49,118 nt of DNA from Phoronis australis (taxonomy: Eukaryota; Animalia; Phoronida): assembly GCA_002633005.1 (NCBI GenBank), contig NMRA01000491.1, forward strand, positions 68,111 through 117,228, in the 5' to 3' direction. The notes below the pieces were generated by a model. It was not told the DNA's origin and did no database searches. It saw only the letters and a program-made list of their open reading frames with translations. Positions 41,401 through 49,118 of the stretch are shown piece by piece. The translations under genes were made by a program, and so were the position numbers. The first letter of the stretch is position 1. Each line of letters opens with the position of its first letter.

Positions 41401-44400
41401 AACTTTTTAAGCCCTTCGCGCTAGTAGTTGAAACTTTTACTTGCCCGAACAAAAAATTCACTTGCCCCAAGTACAATCCCAAATAGCACCGTGCATGTGC
41501 ACACCTAGGTAATTTGTTACGGTAGGGCTGCCTGTGCTGAGCCTCCTCTTGTGTTGTGCATGCTATATACATGAGTTGCTAATTTTTAACGATTCTTCTT
41601 ATAGAACATTTATTTATAAGTTGTGTCAAAACACTAGAGAGACAAATTAGAACAGTAACTGTGGTATATGAACCACTGTCTCGCGTTCACAGGCACCGAA
41701 ATGAGCTAGGACATGAACTCTAGACACTTCTGTGTATTCATTAGTTTATACGCCCTCATGCATTAAACTTGAGTTGTTGCTTAACCTGAATTTGAATTTT
41801 TGCTATCTGTAAAAGTCTTGCACAGTGTTGGTCATCGGTACCTTGTATTAAATTAAAAACAAATTTTAACATATAATAATGCCAAGTATACTTTTATTTT
41901 CAATAAATAATTACATTTTTGAAAATAGATAGACCGCGAATAAGTCACCCTTCAGAGCGACAATCATGAAGACCATATTCCTCTTCTTTCGGGAGTCGCC
42001 ACCAGGAGCCGAGAATTCATAAGAATTTCCCTTGAAATTCCCTCTGAATAAATACCAGTCATTTAAAACTGCTGTGTAGTATAGAAAATATGAAGTCAAT
42101 CATTCACTTTTTAGTTTTTGTGCTTATCTGTATGACTTACACGAGGACGAACGCGGTGCTTCCAGCTGTAGGCCTACAACATGGGTAAACGCCGGCAAAA
42201 ATCACACGTTATCCCTTGTTCACTGTCTCGCAAGCCAGGAAACCTAATTTCCCATGACGGAACCCATCCCCGCACTCTTTTCGTTTCATATTGTTGCTTT
42301 GACTCTTCCTGAACTCGTTTTTAGCAACTAAACCAATGCCGTACAGGCCTGAACGGCTTCCTTGTTTGGACGTTTTGCCATAGTGCAGACGATCAGCAGT
42401 GTCACGTGACAACTTATTCAGAAACTGCAGGGCACGTTCAGAAATCGAAAGGATTTGACCACGGGCGTCATCTGTGCACGCTGCATCACACTCGCTCTAT
42501 TTTCCTTTCGGTGCTCATTCGAAAACGGGAGTTTCTTTGACGGCCACAGGGACTTTTTCGACGGTTGTTAGGCTTGTGTCGGGGTTCGTTATTTTGGAGC
42601 AAATGTCAAGCAGACAATCTTAGGATCTACTTGCCTATGCGGCCAACTTTTTAACTTGCCCATCGGGCAAGTACTTTTCAAATTCCACTTGCCCGACGCA
42701 AAATCTACATGTACACGGGCAATCGGGCAACCATTAGTGTTGAGCCCTAGATAAACAAAGGAAAAGGAAAAAAATGAAATTGCCACTACGGGGCACAGCG
42801 TTCATTGGATCGGCCTGAAAGACGTCGTCTGTTGTTAGCTTCATAAAAATACAGTTACTAAATTTAATAAAGATCATGCAGTGTGTTAAGGAGAAGTAGT
42901 TAAGGGCACAAAACAAAACTACAACTAGGAGGCGCCACTGTTGTCGAATTTGTTATAGTCAACCGTCCTCTTCACACTGTTAACATACACGCCAATTTTC
43001 AAAATCATCCTTAAAATGGTTTGGTTGATCGAGGGGTGGACGCCAAAACAGACTTGAAAACAGGATGGCCACTAGGAGGCACAAAGTACCTCGATTCCAT
43101 CCGAAAACAGGAGGATAGCATCATCTCACCAACAGATGATTATATTCCAAATTTTCTGAAAATCTGTAGAGGACCTTTGAAGATACAGAGGTAAACCTAA
43201 AAAACTAAAGTTGCCACTAGGGGCACACTGGTAGTTAGCAAAAATGGCCACAAGATGGCGCAAACTTAGTCGAATCCATCCAAAAACAAAAGGATAGCTT
43301 CATCTTACTAATAGATGCCAACATGCCAAATTTTATGGAAAATACGAAGCGGACCTTTGAAGATATAGAGGTAAGTGTAAAAAAATAAAATTGCCACTAG
43401 GGGGCACACTGGTTGTCAGAGCAGTCCGAAAGTTGTTGTCATCTGTTGTGAACATAATATAAATGAAATACACTTGCTTAATTTAGCAAAGATCCTGCAA
43501 ACGCTTTAGGAGATACAGCCATGGGCGCAAAAAACAAAACTGCAACTAAGAGGCGCCACAATAGTCGAAGTCATCAAAAAATCGTCGTCAGCTTCGTAGT
43601 AAGAACATACATGCCAATTTTCATAATCATCCTTAGAGCCATTTGGTTGACAGAGGGGTGGACGCCAAGCAACAGAGTAAAAACAGTAAAAATGGCCACT
43701 AGGAGGTGCAAACTACATCAAATCCATCCGAAAACGGGATGATAGCTTCATCTCACTAATAGATGCCTATACCCCAAATTTTATCCGGGCCAATAGGATG
43801 AAGACCTTTTGAAGATACAGAGGTAAACGTAAAGAAATGAAATTGCCACTAGGGAGCACACTGGTAGTCAGATGCGTCCGAAAGTCGTCGTCATCCATTG
43901 CCAACATCATATAAATACACTTGCTAAATTTTGTAAAGGTCCTGCCAACCGTTTGGGAGATACAGCCATGGGCGCAAAAAACAAAACTGCCACTAGGAGG
44001 CACCACAGTAGACGAAATCGTCGGAAAATCATCAGCCATCCTTTTCATTGTAAGAACATACATCCCAATTTTCCCAATCATCCTTAGAGCAGATTGGTTG
44101 ATAGAGGGGTGGACGCTAAACAACAGACTCGAAAACAGCAAAAATGGCCACTAGGTGGCGCAAACTTCGTCGAATCCATCCGAAAACAAAAGGATAGCAT
44201 TATCTTAGTAAAAGAAGCCTATATGCCAAATTTTATGAAAATACGTAGAGGACCTTTGAAGATATAGAGGTAAGTGTAAAAAATAAAATTGCCACTAGGG
44301 GGCACACCGGTAGTCGGATCCGTACGAAAGTTCGCTCATGCCATCCCATCCATGAAAGGAACATATGTGCTACATTTCGTGAACGTACATTAAAGGGTTT

Positions 44401-47400
44401 TGGAGATTGAGCAGCGGACAAAGTTGGCATGTCAATGCTGTCTAGCCAGTCGCAACACTTTGGCTACAATTAAATTCACAGTTGGTGAAAGGGACGCTCA
44501 CTTGTCAACCCATTGCAACTATAGTCTTATACGGTCTTCTGCTGTGCCATAAGGCTCATGTTTTAGGGTAGAACTCTTTTTTTTTATTACGCTTGATAAA
44601 ACCTTACACTGAAAGTTTCACCACCGCTGACTAGATTGCATTTTATAACTACACTTCATAAAACCATACACTGAAAGTTTCACCATCGCTGACTAGATTT
44701 GTTCTACTTTGACCAAATCATCTCAGCGATACTAACAATCCAAAACCTTGTAATTTGCAAAGAGACAGGTACCTCAAAGTTCAATCTATAACTCACTGAT
44801 GAAGGAAAATTACCTGACAACCACAAGTTGGCAACACTGATCAAAAGAACTAATTCATTTGAACATGTCAATGACAAAATCACTTCCCATTACAGTTAGT
44901 TAGAAAGATAGACCGAATCAGTTCCATTAAGTATACCTAACTGACTAATTACTGGCAAATTATGCTTACTCTAAAAATAACCAACACACACAACAGTTTT
45001 TCCATGAACACCTAATGACTAGACAAGAGCAACGCGGAGCATTGATATGCGCCCACGAATGCACTCCAAACGGTGTGCTTCTAGGGTGTTTATTTTGATC
45101 ATAAAAAAGGTCAATGGATAGTGCAAAATACTTCGAATCCATCAATAAACAGGTAAATGACACCGGTTTTTAACAGAATGCTATTTACCACATTGCATGA
45201 AAATACATCAAGGAACTTTAGAAAAACAAAGCAAAACGGAAAAAATGAAATTGCCACTAGGTGGCAAAGCGTTCGTTGGTTCCGTCTGAAAGTTGTCGTC
45301 TTCTGTTGTCAAATTCATATGAATACACCTGCTAAATTTAATAATAAAGATCCTGCAGAGGGCTTATCGGATACAGCTAAGGGGGCAAAAAACAAAACTG
45401 CCACTAGGAGGCGTCACAGCAATTGAAGTCGGAAAATCATCATCGAGCAACTGTAAAAAATTACAGCACCACAGACTCAATTTTCAAAACAAATAAAGAC
45501 CAGAACCAATTATTCTTTTTTGGCCTTATATGACTGTAGTGCCAATAACAATTGAAATGTGTGAATTGGGGTGCCTGCAATAATGTAATTGTTTGTAATC
45601 AATAAACGCTTACCCACAATGGATAGTGGACTTACATGCACTCAACCATTACCATATAATTATCAAACTAACATATTTAAACCTATAGTGCCTGCCAAAA
45701 CCAGACCTTTTCATCCATATGAACAAATTGCAGTAAGTTCTCAAGAAATTCACAATAACATTCAGTATGCAAAACCCAAGTTGCATACTAGTTTCTCCGA
45801 TGTGTCATTTGTACTGCTGCAAGGCACAATTAGTGAAGAAAACTGCCATGCGACACTCAAATGTCCCATGGAACACTCAAATGTTCCATGGGACAATGAA
45901 TGTCCCATCAAAGAAGTGCTCTTTGTCCAATGGGACGCAGGTTTTTAAAAGCTAATTACAGCTAATTTAAGTATTATTTATTATTTCTACACTGAAATGA
46001 AATCATTACAAAACATAGCTATTGCATCCATTTTCAAATGAAGTGTGCAAAAATTTTTGAGACTTTTGAGAAACTTCACTCTATTTGAGAACGCATTTTA
46101 TACGACTGTATTACCTCAAATGATAGTATATTTTGCTCCTTGTCAGCAAACGGTCTGATCTGGTCGACCACATAACACAAGTAGTTTTCTACAAATCGTA
46201 TTGTGCTGTTGAACTTGGGTTTCACCAATTCCTTAACAGGATCTTTGGAAGCAGTTGTTTCATAACTGAAACACAAATGTATATGAACTGACACGGCCAC
46301 TGTTTGAACAAAACACAGACACAGCGTATAGCAAAGCTTCGTCAAATTCGAATACGAATAACAATCATCATTCTGTCAGTTTTCAAACCCTCACTGCATT
46401 ACCAAAAACATTCAAAATTTCATCGTGTCAAAAATTGCATTTTTCAAATGCTCACTTTATTGCCAAAAATGTTCAATTTTTCACAATGTCTGTTGATGAC
46501 GGCCGTACTAAATAAAGTTTTCAAATAATCGAGTAAAACTATTTTATTGTTTACTCTGGTTGAAAATTTTCAATTGATGAAATAAAAATTTACTGTTCTG
46601 CCACATAGAAACCAGAAACCTTGCCTTCAATTACATATTAAGCTTGCCTTCAATTACATATTAAGCTTGCCTTCAATTACATATTAAGCTTGCCTTCAAT
46701 TACATATTAAGCTTGCCTTCAATTACATATTAAGCTTGCCTTCAATTACATATTAACCTTGCCTTCAATTACATATTAAGCTTGCCTTCAATTACATATT
46801 AACCTTGCCTTCAATTACATATTAAGCTTGCCTTCAATTACATATTAAGCTTGAAAACAAAACAGTTTCCAGGAAAGGTATGAGCAAATGTCCGTTCCAT
46901 CAAATGGTTTCCTGCAATTCCTGGCAACTATAATTTTAATGCCATCTAATTAACTAAGTCTTGAGGGATGAAGAAGATAACAAACTGGAATACGACAATA
47001 CGAACTGACCTCTTTCAGGTTGTTTTTTGTTTTAGGAAACTATTAATTTTATGAAGGAATTCCCAGAAAATTTTGCGATTTTACAGAAATATTCCAGACT
47101 TTAAAAAGATTATATTTGTTAGCTAACGAGGCAGCCTACTTCAGATAAAATGAACTATACTTCCAACAGGATACAACAAATGGAATTCATCAAGTTTAGC
47201 AACGCTAGATGGTAAAGTCAGAATCATTGTTCCTCCTGGCTATCCTGGTCAGAGGAATAAAATCAATCTTGAAGAAACAACAGTTGCAAAAAATTTTGTG
47301 AGAATTACCAAATCAACAACATAATAGTTACTTACTCTTGAATGGATATCTGCGTGGGTATCTCAGACCAGAGGCGAGCATACTTGACAGGCGTGACGCA

Positions 47401-47491
47401 CTCTTGGGGGTCTCTGTCGACGTGCATGTGAAGCATGAGGCGACAGAAGGAGGCACGGAGGTCATAGGGCAACATCTCATCAGACATACAC
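2376..47491 (-). CDS. ITPR: Inositol 1,4,5-trisphosphate receptor, internal portion (17 exons, armadillo-like regulatory/coupling region); gene extends beyond both window ends
   Basis: 17 GT-AG exons with compatible phases give one open frame containing IP3R-typical peptides ([114 protein letters not shown]). Confidence 0.98.
3003..3131 (-). CDS. ITPR: ITPR exon ([19 protein letters not shown]...[14 protein letters not shown])
   Basis: ttacag/gtactg boundaries, 129 nt, phase 0/0. Confidence 0.95.
3270..3540. repeat. Degenerate minisatellite of about 38 bp (ggcaagtaccatggggtggtaagtangcaccaacaggt)
   Basis: About 7 diverged copies. Confidence 0.85.
3722..4088. repeat. 62-bp tandem repeat made from an ITPR exon 3' end plus its splice donor
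   Basis: gtgactcaccgtagc recurs every 62 bp (donor G at 4040, 3978, 3916, 3854, 3792) plus a degenerate copy near 3730. Confidence 0.95.
4041..4166 (-). CDS. ITPR: ITPR exon ([42 protein letters not shown])
   Basis: gtgcag/gtgagt boundaries, 126 nt, phase 0/0. Confidence 0.96.
4502..4753 (-). CDS. ITPR: ITPR exon ([15 protein letters not shown]...[25 protein letters not shown]...CIAE)
   Basis: ttacag/gtcagt boundaries, 252 nt, phase 0/0. Confidence 0.96.
5193..5393 (-). CDS. ITPR: ITPR exon ([14 protein letters not shown]...[13 protein letters not shown]...QDMVMAE)
   Basis: ttatag/gtaaat boundaries, 201 nt, phase 0/0. Confidence 0.96.
8160..8238. repeat. Direct duplication of about 40 bp
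   Basis: cccc(t/c)tccagcacaggtaaccccccatcc(g/a)tacacct occurs twice. Confidence 0.85.
9624..9713. repeat. 44-bp direct duplication
   Basis: cagcaaataagaggacacatgggaacaaattgc(a/g)caacctgcac occurs twice. Confidence 0.85.
10740..10865 (-). CDS. ITPR: ITPR exon ([42 protein letters not shown])
   Basis: ttgcag/gtgagt boundaries, 126 nt, phase 0/0. Confidence 0.96.
11206..11343 (-). CDS. ITPR: ITPR exon ([10 protein letters not shown]...[26 protein letters not shown])
   Basis: ttgtag/gtacag boundaries, 138 nt, phase 0/0. Confidence 0.96.
11917..12172 (-). pseudogene. HIRAN-like small-domain relic, probably transposon cargo
   Basis: [21 protein letters not shown]...[30 protein letters not shown] resembles the RGYHVY..W.P..GE.L...N..D..AV.V...GHVP pattern; a possible element end TACTGTATTTGCCCTAATAAGCGCCC lies at 11753. 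Confidence 0.55.
12759..12965 (+). pseudogene. THAP domain relic of a DNA transposon
   Basis: Removing two 5-nt microduplications gives [63 protein letters not shown] (C2CH pattern). Confidence 0.75.
14496..14585 (-). CDS. ITPR: ITPR exon ([30 protein letters not shown])
   Basis: ttacag/gtatta boundaries, 90 nt, phase 0/0; NY-x-x-IK motif precedes the IL-x-RL exon. Confidence 0.9.
15315..15374 (-). CDS. ITPR: ITPR small linker exon ([20 protein letters not shown]), possibly alternative
   Basis: Strong ttctttatttcag acceptor and gtaagt donor, 60 nt, phase 0/0, purine-rich; lies in a variable linker so not confirmable by motif. Confidence 0.75.
15943..16128 (-). CDS. ITPR: ITPR exon ([17 protein letters not shown]...[12 protein letters not shown]...DGDGAA)
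   Basis: ttacag/gtgagg boundaries, 186 nt, phase 0/0. Confidence 0.96.
16808..16973 (-). CDS. ITPR: ITPR exon ([21 protein letters not shown]...[16 protein letters not shown])
   Basis: ttccag/gtgggt boundaries, 166 nt, phase 2/0. Confidence 0.96.
17758..17809 (-). CDS. ITPR: ITPR exon ([16 protein letters not shown])
   Basis: tttcag/gtaaac boundaries, 52 nt, phase 1/2; matches the IP3R LD-x-E...QAE-x-IFGG motif. Confidence 0.92.
18800..19300. repeat. Degenerate 19-20-bp minisatellite (gtggtaagtgttcccttgt)
   Basis: More than 20 diverged copies. Confidence 0.92.
20949..21041. repeat. 31-bp tandem repeat, 3 copies
   Basis: ccttttgtcttagtgggtcttccatgttata x3. Confidence 0.95.
21541..21640 (-). 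CDS. ITPR: ITPR exon ([33 protein letters not shown])
   Basis: tttcag/gtaacg boundaries, 100 nt, phase 0/1; a donor 6 nt downstream (gttgtc) would also keep the frame. Confidence 0.93.
22537..23022. mobile_element. Possible Kolobok-like MITE with internal tandem repeats of about 35-40 bp
   Basis: TTAA|GGTCACATACAGC ... GCAGTATGTGGCT|TTAC imperfect inverted ends; ccttatttgggcataagatttg repeated at 22564-22661. Confidence 0.4.
23351..23514 (-). CDS. ITPR: ITPR exon ([11 protein letters not shown]...[14 protein letters not shown])
   Basis: tttcag/gtactg boundaries, 164 nt, phase 1/0. Confidence 0.94.
23870..24128. repeat. 20-bp minisatellite (gtctaccctgttctaagcca), about 13 copies
   Basis: Directly visible tandem array. 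Confidence 0.95.
25633..25653 (-). CDS. ITPR: Candidate 21-nt alternative ITPR microexon ([A]LARKPK)
   Basis: T-rich tract ending acag, donor G|gtttgt, phase 1/1 matching the host intron, no stop codon. Confidence 0.35.
26132..26258 (-). CDS. ITPR: ITPR exon ([42 protein letters not shown])
   Basis: tttcag/gtgaga boundaries, 127 nt, phase 0/1. Confidence 0.96.
27572..32312 (+). mobile_element. Decayed Sola3-like DNA transposon (4.7 kb)
   Basis: TTAA at 27568-27571 and 32313-32316; terminal inverted repeats GAATGATTCCATATAAAAACCATATG vs GAGCAATTCCATATAAAAACCAGATG (22/26); internal transposase relic. TTAA target and GAG...CTC termini are Sola3 traits. Confidence 0.72.
28623..30480 (+). pseudogene. 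Intron-containing DDD-type transposase pseudogene (Sola3-like) with C2H2 finger
   Basis: Motifs [68 protein letters not shown]...HLDVGAH; phase-0 GT-AG intron 28827-29307; frameshift near 28772, stop at 29680-29682, further lesions 3'; 5' part missing. Confidence 0.85.
32669..33436 (+). CDS. Nested rhodopsin-class (class A) GPCR, coding exon 1 (N-terminus, TM1-TM5, start of ICL3)
   Basis: ATG at 32669 (alternative 32699); N-glycosylation sequons NAT and NNS; TM1 [11 protein letters not shown]2 [14 protein letters not shown]3 C...AIAIDRY, TM4 SLVCSVP, ECL2 Cys, TM5 LFLYMLVFY; GAG|gtaagt donor, phase 0. Confidence 0.93.
34031..34616. other. 293/292-bp direct duplication separated by a single N (probable assembly-gap artefact) in the GPCR intron
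   Basis: 34031-34323 and 34325-34616 differ only by one substitution and a G10/G9 run; N at 34324. Confidence 0.9.
34796..36145 (+). CDS. Nested GPCR coding exon 2 (long repetitive ICL3, TM6, TM7, helix 8)
   Basis: ttacag acceptor at 34795; open in phase 0 into the 426-aa ORF; TM6 [22 protein letters not shown]7 [13 protein letters not shown], helix 8 SFRNEL; spliced product about 705 aa. Confidence 0.92.
   Translation, partial: RSLVQNSKSAQSQRQRGSAFSPQLSLNSTATTKAKFQCRQQETHDYQLDMHASMPTEKVHTSCQGNEKLTGKQTPTSCDELDTQGDRPVLNHEQVTTQGHRRAVLRLEQVTEQEHRSLVLSREQVTTEGHRSPVMSPEVVTEQGHRSHVLRHKQVTTQGHKSPTMSHEQVTWQGRRSPVVSREQVLDQGHRSLVWSRDHVTLQGHWSPVMSHEKVTEQGHWSPVMSHEKVTEQGYRSPVLTREQVTTQGHRSLVLSRGHVTRQGHRISVVSHEQVTEQGHKSLVRSCDHVTTQGHRSPVLNDEQPKRSRGRTRLGDDIIQSFEKCENKATAKEESSNDTCPGERMKRVRFFQIAADANDEKQETSRSAVPYRHLPGLLKTATMLFGVTAVFVLSWLPYGLETLHIIPYYPVIGYLFFVNNCTNVFVFTATRSSFRNELRKLLQNKCTNF
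35042..35707 (+). repeat. Coding 45-bp (15-aa) tandem repeat, about 15 copies, consensus xQGHRSPV(L/M)SHEQVT
   Basis: Visible in both DNA and translation; units have diverged but the frame is preserved. Confidence 0.95.
36800..37373. mobile_element. piggyBac-like non-autonomous element (574 bp) nested in the ISL2EU-like element
   Basis: TTAA on both sides (36796-36799, 37374-37377); termini CCCTTATCCT...AGGATAAGGG. Confidence 0.75.
37390..39390 (+). pseudogene. Heavily decayed spliced SAP + SWIM-like accessory gene of the ISL2EU-like element
   Basis: [27 protein letters not shown]|gtaag (SAP-like) near 37396-37473; WTKIGF...LPR...SL*KG..IFKE|gtatgt near 37858-37998; [11 protein letters not shown] near 38976. 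Stops and frameshifts present. Confidence 0.35.
40745..41010 (-). pseudogene. THAP domain relic (transposase N-terminus)
   Basis: Manual translation: YYCYFP...[22 protein letters not shown]...W, then frameshifted TVCSMHF and GDAIPT (AVPT box). Confidence 0.8.
41387..42749. mobile_element. hAT-like non-autonomous element inserted in the CCACTAG satellite
   Basis: Inverted termini CAGGGCTCAACATTAA vs TAGGGCTCAACACTAA; subterminal cttgccc motifs at both ends; joined flanks resemble an uninterrupted repeat copy near 45196-45265. No clean 8-bp target duplication. Confidence 0.65.
42750..44420 (+). repeat. Satellite-like repeat: about 150-bp subunits in about 450-bp higher-order units, each with a GCCACTAG(G/A)NGGC core
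   Basis: ttgccactag recurs near 43391, 43843 and 44289 with similar intervening sequence; related pieces at about 41250-41386 and 45180-45440. Confidence 0.85.
46115..46265 (-). CDS. ITPR: ITPR exon (YETTASKD...[10 protein letters not shown]...[10 protein letters not shown])
   Basis: tttcag/gtaata boundaries, 151 nt, phase 2/0; fits both neighbouring exons. Confidence 0.94.
46621..46853. repeat. 23-bp minisatellite (ttgccttcaattacatattaagc), 10 copies
   Basis: Near-perfect tandem copies without spacers. Confidence 0.97.
47336..47491 (-). CDS. ITPR: ITPR exon ([51 protein letters not shown])
   Basis: tttcag acceptor, gtaagt donor, 156 nt, phase 2/2; conserved IP3R peptide in a frame not listed in the ORF track. 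Confidence 0.96.
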
Positions 47492-48498
47492 CTGAAATGA
47501 ATTTGTTAGGCAATCCAAGATGAATATTGATGGATAACGGACAACCATGTCAATACCAAACACATTAAACCACGTCTGGGACAACAACAGCACCACCTTC
47601 CCTATTCAACAGTCCTTCACCCTATTGATCGTTCCATTGCACCGCTTTCCCCAGCTGTCCACTCCTCCACATTTCTCTAGTCATCTGGGACAACTAAAAG
47701 AGCAAGACACCCACATGGGTTTGTTAAAATATCTCTCCTGTCCGCTCCTACGAGACAGCCACCACAGGAGTACCATCAACTCACCTGAGAATGAGGTCAA
47801 TATCGAGCTGTGCTGATAGTCTGTCTATAGCCAAGTACTGACGATCAAGACACATGTGGGCAAACAGGTCCAGCTGGTGTCTGTAAAGGTGACTGAGTCT
47901 TAGTACAACATTCAGTCAAATTCCAGATTTTTACAACAAACATGTCTGCAGAATGTGACAGGCTCTCAACTGTCATTGCCCTTACACCCACAGACAGGTG
48001 TGAATGGAACATGACAGTCGAGAGAGAACGACAACATATTTGTAATACTAATTGATACCCAGTCATTCATTTTACACGCATCATGCGCCCCCACAGACAG
48101 GTGTGAATGGAGCAAGACAGCCAACTCAGAATGACAACACATTACCTGAAATACTTTAACATGATAAGTTCAAGGATAGGTTGTTGTTCTCAAGACGTAT
48201 ACAAGTCTTGACTATTACTAAAGAACTTAAAGATTACTTACAGACCATAAATTTTTCTTATTTCATTCTTCAATTCATAAACATTTTGTTACAAAAATGC
48301 TCCCATTTCCCCACAAAATTCTGAGAACAGAAAAATATTAATTTCAGCTATCTTCGGTTACTATGTCAAATCAGTGAGACGTGTCCCGAGCAATGCCGAG
48401 GAGGTTGAATATCTCCATTGCTATGTGCCTAAAATTCTAGTGTTCTTTGCAAATTTCAACATATTTTTAATTAAACTGGTGTTGACATTTGAAGAAGA

Positions 48499-48600
48499 AT
48501 GCCAGACCACTGTGAAGTGGGAGGACGTGGCAATATACCATGGGCTGGATGTCTGTTCACAGATTTCTCACTGATCTAAGACTGCATCGCCGGTGGGATT
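48499..48600 (+). pseudogene. Truncated THAP domain relic
   Basis: MPDHCEVGGRGN..., then frameshifted MSVHRFLTDLRLHRRW, matching THAP C-x-V-x-G-C-x-N...S-x-HRFP-x-D...W with substitutions. Confidence 0.55.
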
Positions 48601-49118
48601 GAAGACTGTCAAGTTCGCGAGGCGATCGAACCACTCTTTTTGTTTTGAAGAAATTCTTCAATATCGTCAGAAACATAATGCTTCCCACACAACAAAAATC
48701 AAAAAAATATAAAACAGGGCTTGGAATGACCAATGACAAAAAACGCGGAAACCTTTACGGCCCAAATCATGCGCACTAGCCAGCCTTGAAATGGTTGATG
48801 GTCGATGTGAACCCTTCCCCGACAAAAATCAGTAGCATGCGTCTGCATCCTTTTTGGTCGCCCGTCGACTCCCAATCCACACACTTTTCGCTGCAGAGCC
48901 GTAGTATTTTTTGCCGCGGTTTGCAGTAACGCGAGACGCCATTGAATATCCCACCACGCTATCCCAGATGCCCCGGCAATGTTGACAATTTACGTTCCTC
49001 CGAAACATAAAGAGCAACTTCCGCTTTTCGAGGTGAACGTCGTCTGCAACGCCGCGGTAAGAAAGGAATTTGCCGCGGAAATTTTATATCAAATCCGATT
49101 TTTTACGCGGAATATAAT

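Noticed and set aside
46621-46853. Short regular repeats (also 1-166 and 23870-24128) as CRISPR arrays
   Set aside because: No unique spacers, no cas genes, eukaryotic intron context; these are ordinary minisatellites.

Overview
AT-rich eukaryotic (invertebrate animal, probably marine bilaterian) genomic DNA. The whole window lies inside an inositol 1,4,5-trisphosphate receptor gene (ITPR/IP3R) on the minus strand. I reconstructed 17 internal GT-AG exons (47491 down to 2376; 2345 nt) that join in one open frame; both gene ends lie outside the window. The 19.9-kb intron (26259-46114) holds an intact-looking two-exon rhodopsin-class GPCR on the opposite strand (about 705 aa), whose roughly 400-aa third intracellular loop contains 15 copies of a 15-aa His/Ser/Thr-rich repeat. 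The GPCR sits between a decayed Sola3-like DNA transposon and a decayed ISL2EU-like transposon carrying a piggyBac-like MITE, followed by a satellite with CTCF-like motifs about every 150 bp, interrupted by a hAT-like MITE. Other introns contain THAP and HIRAN-like relics, minisatellites (one duplicates an ITPR 5' splice site; two read like the U1 snRNA 5' end in the pre-mRNA) and candidate in-frame microexons. Family assignments come from motif recognition by eye, not database searches.
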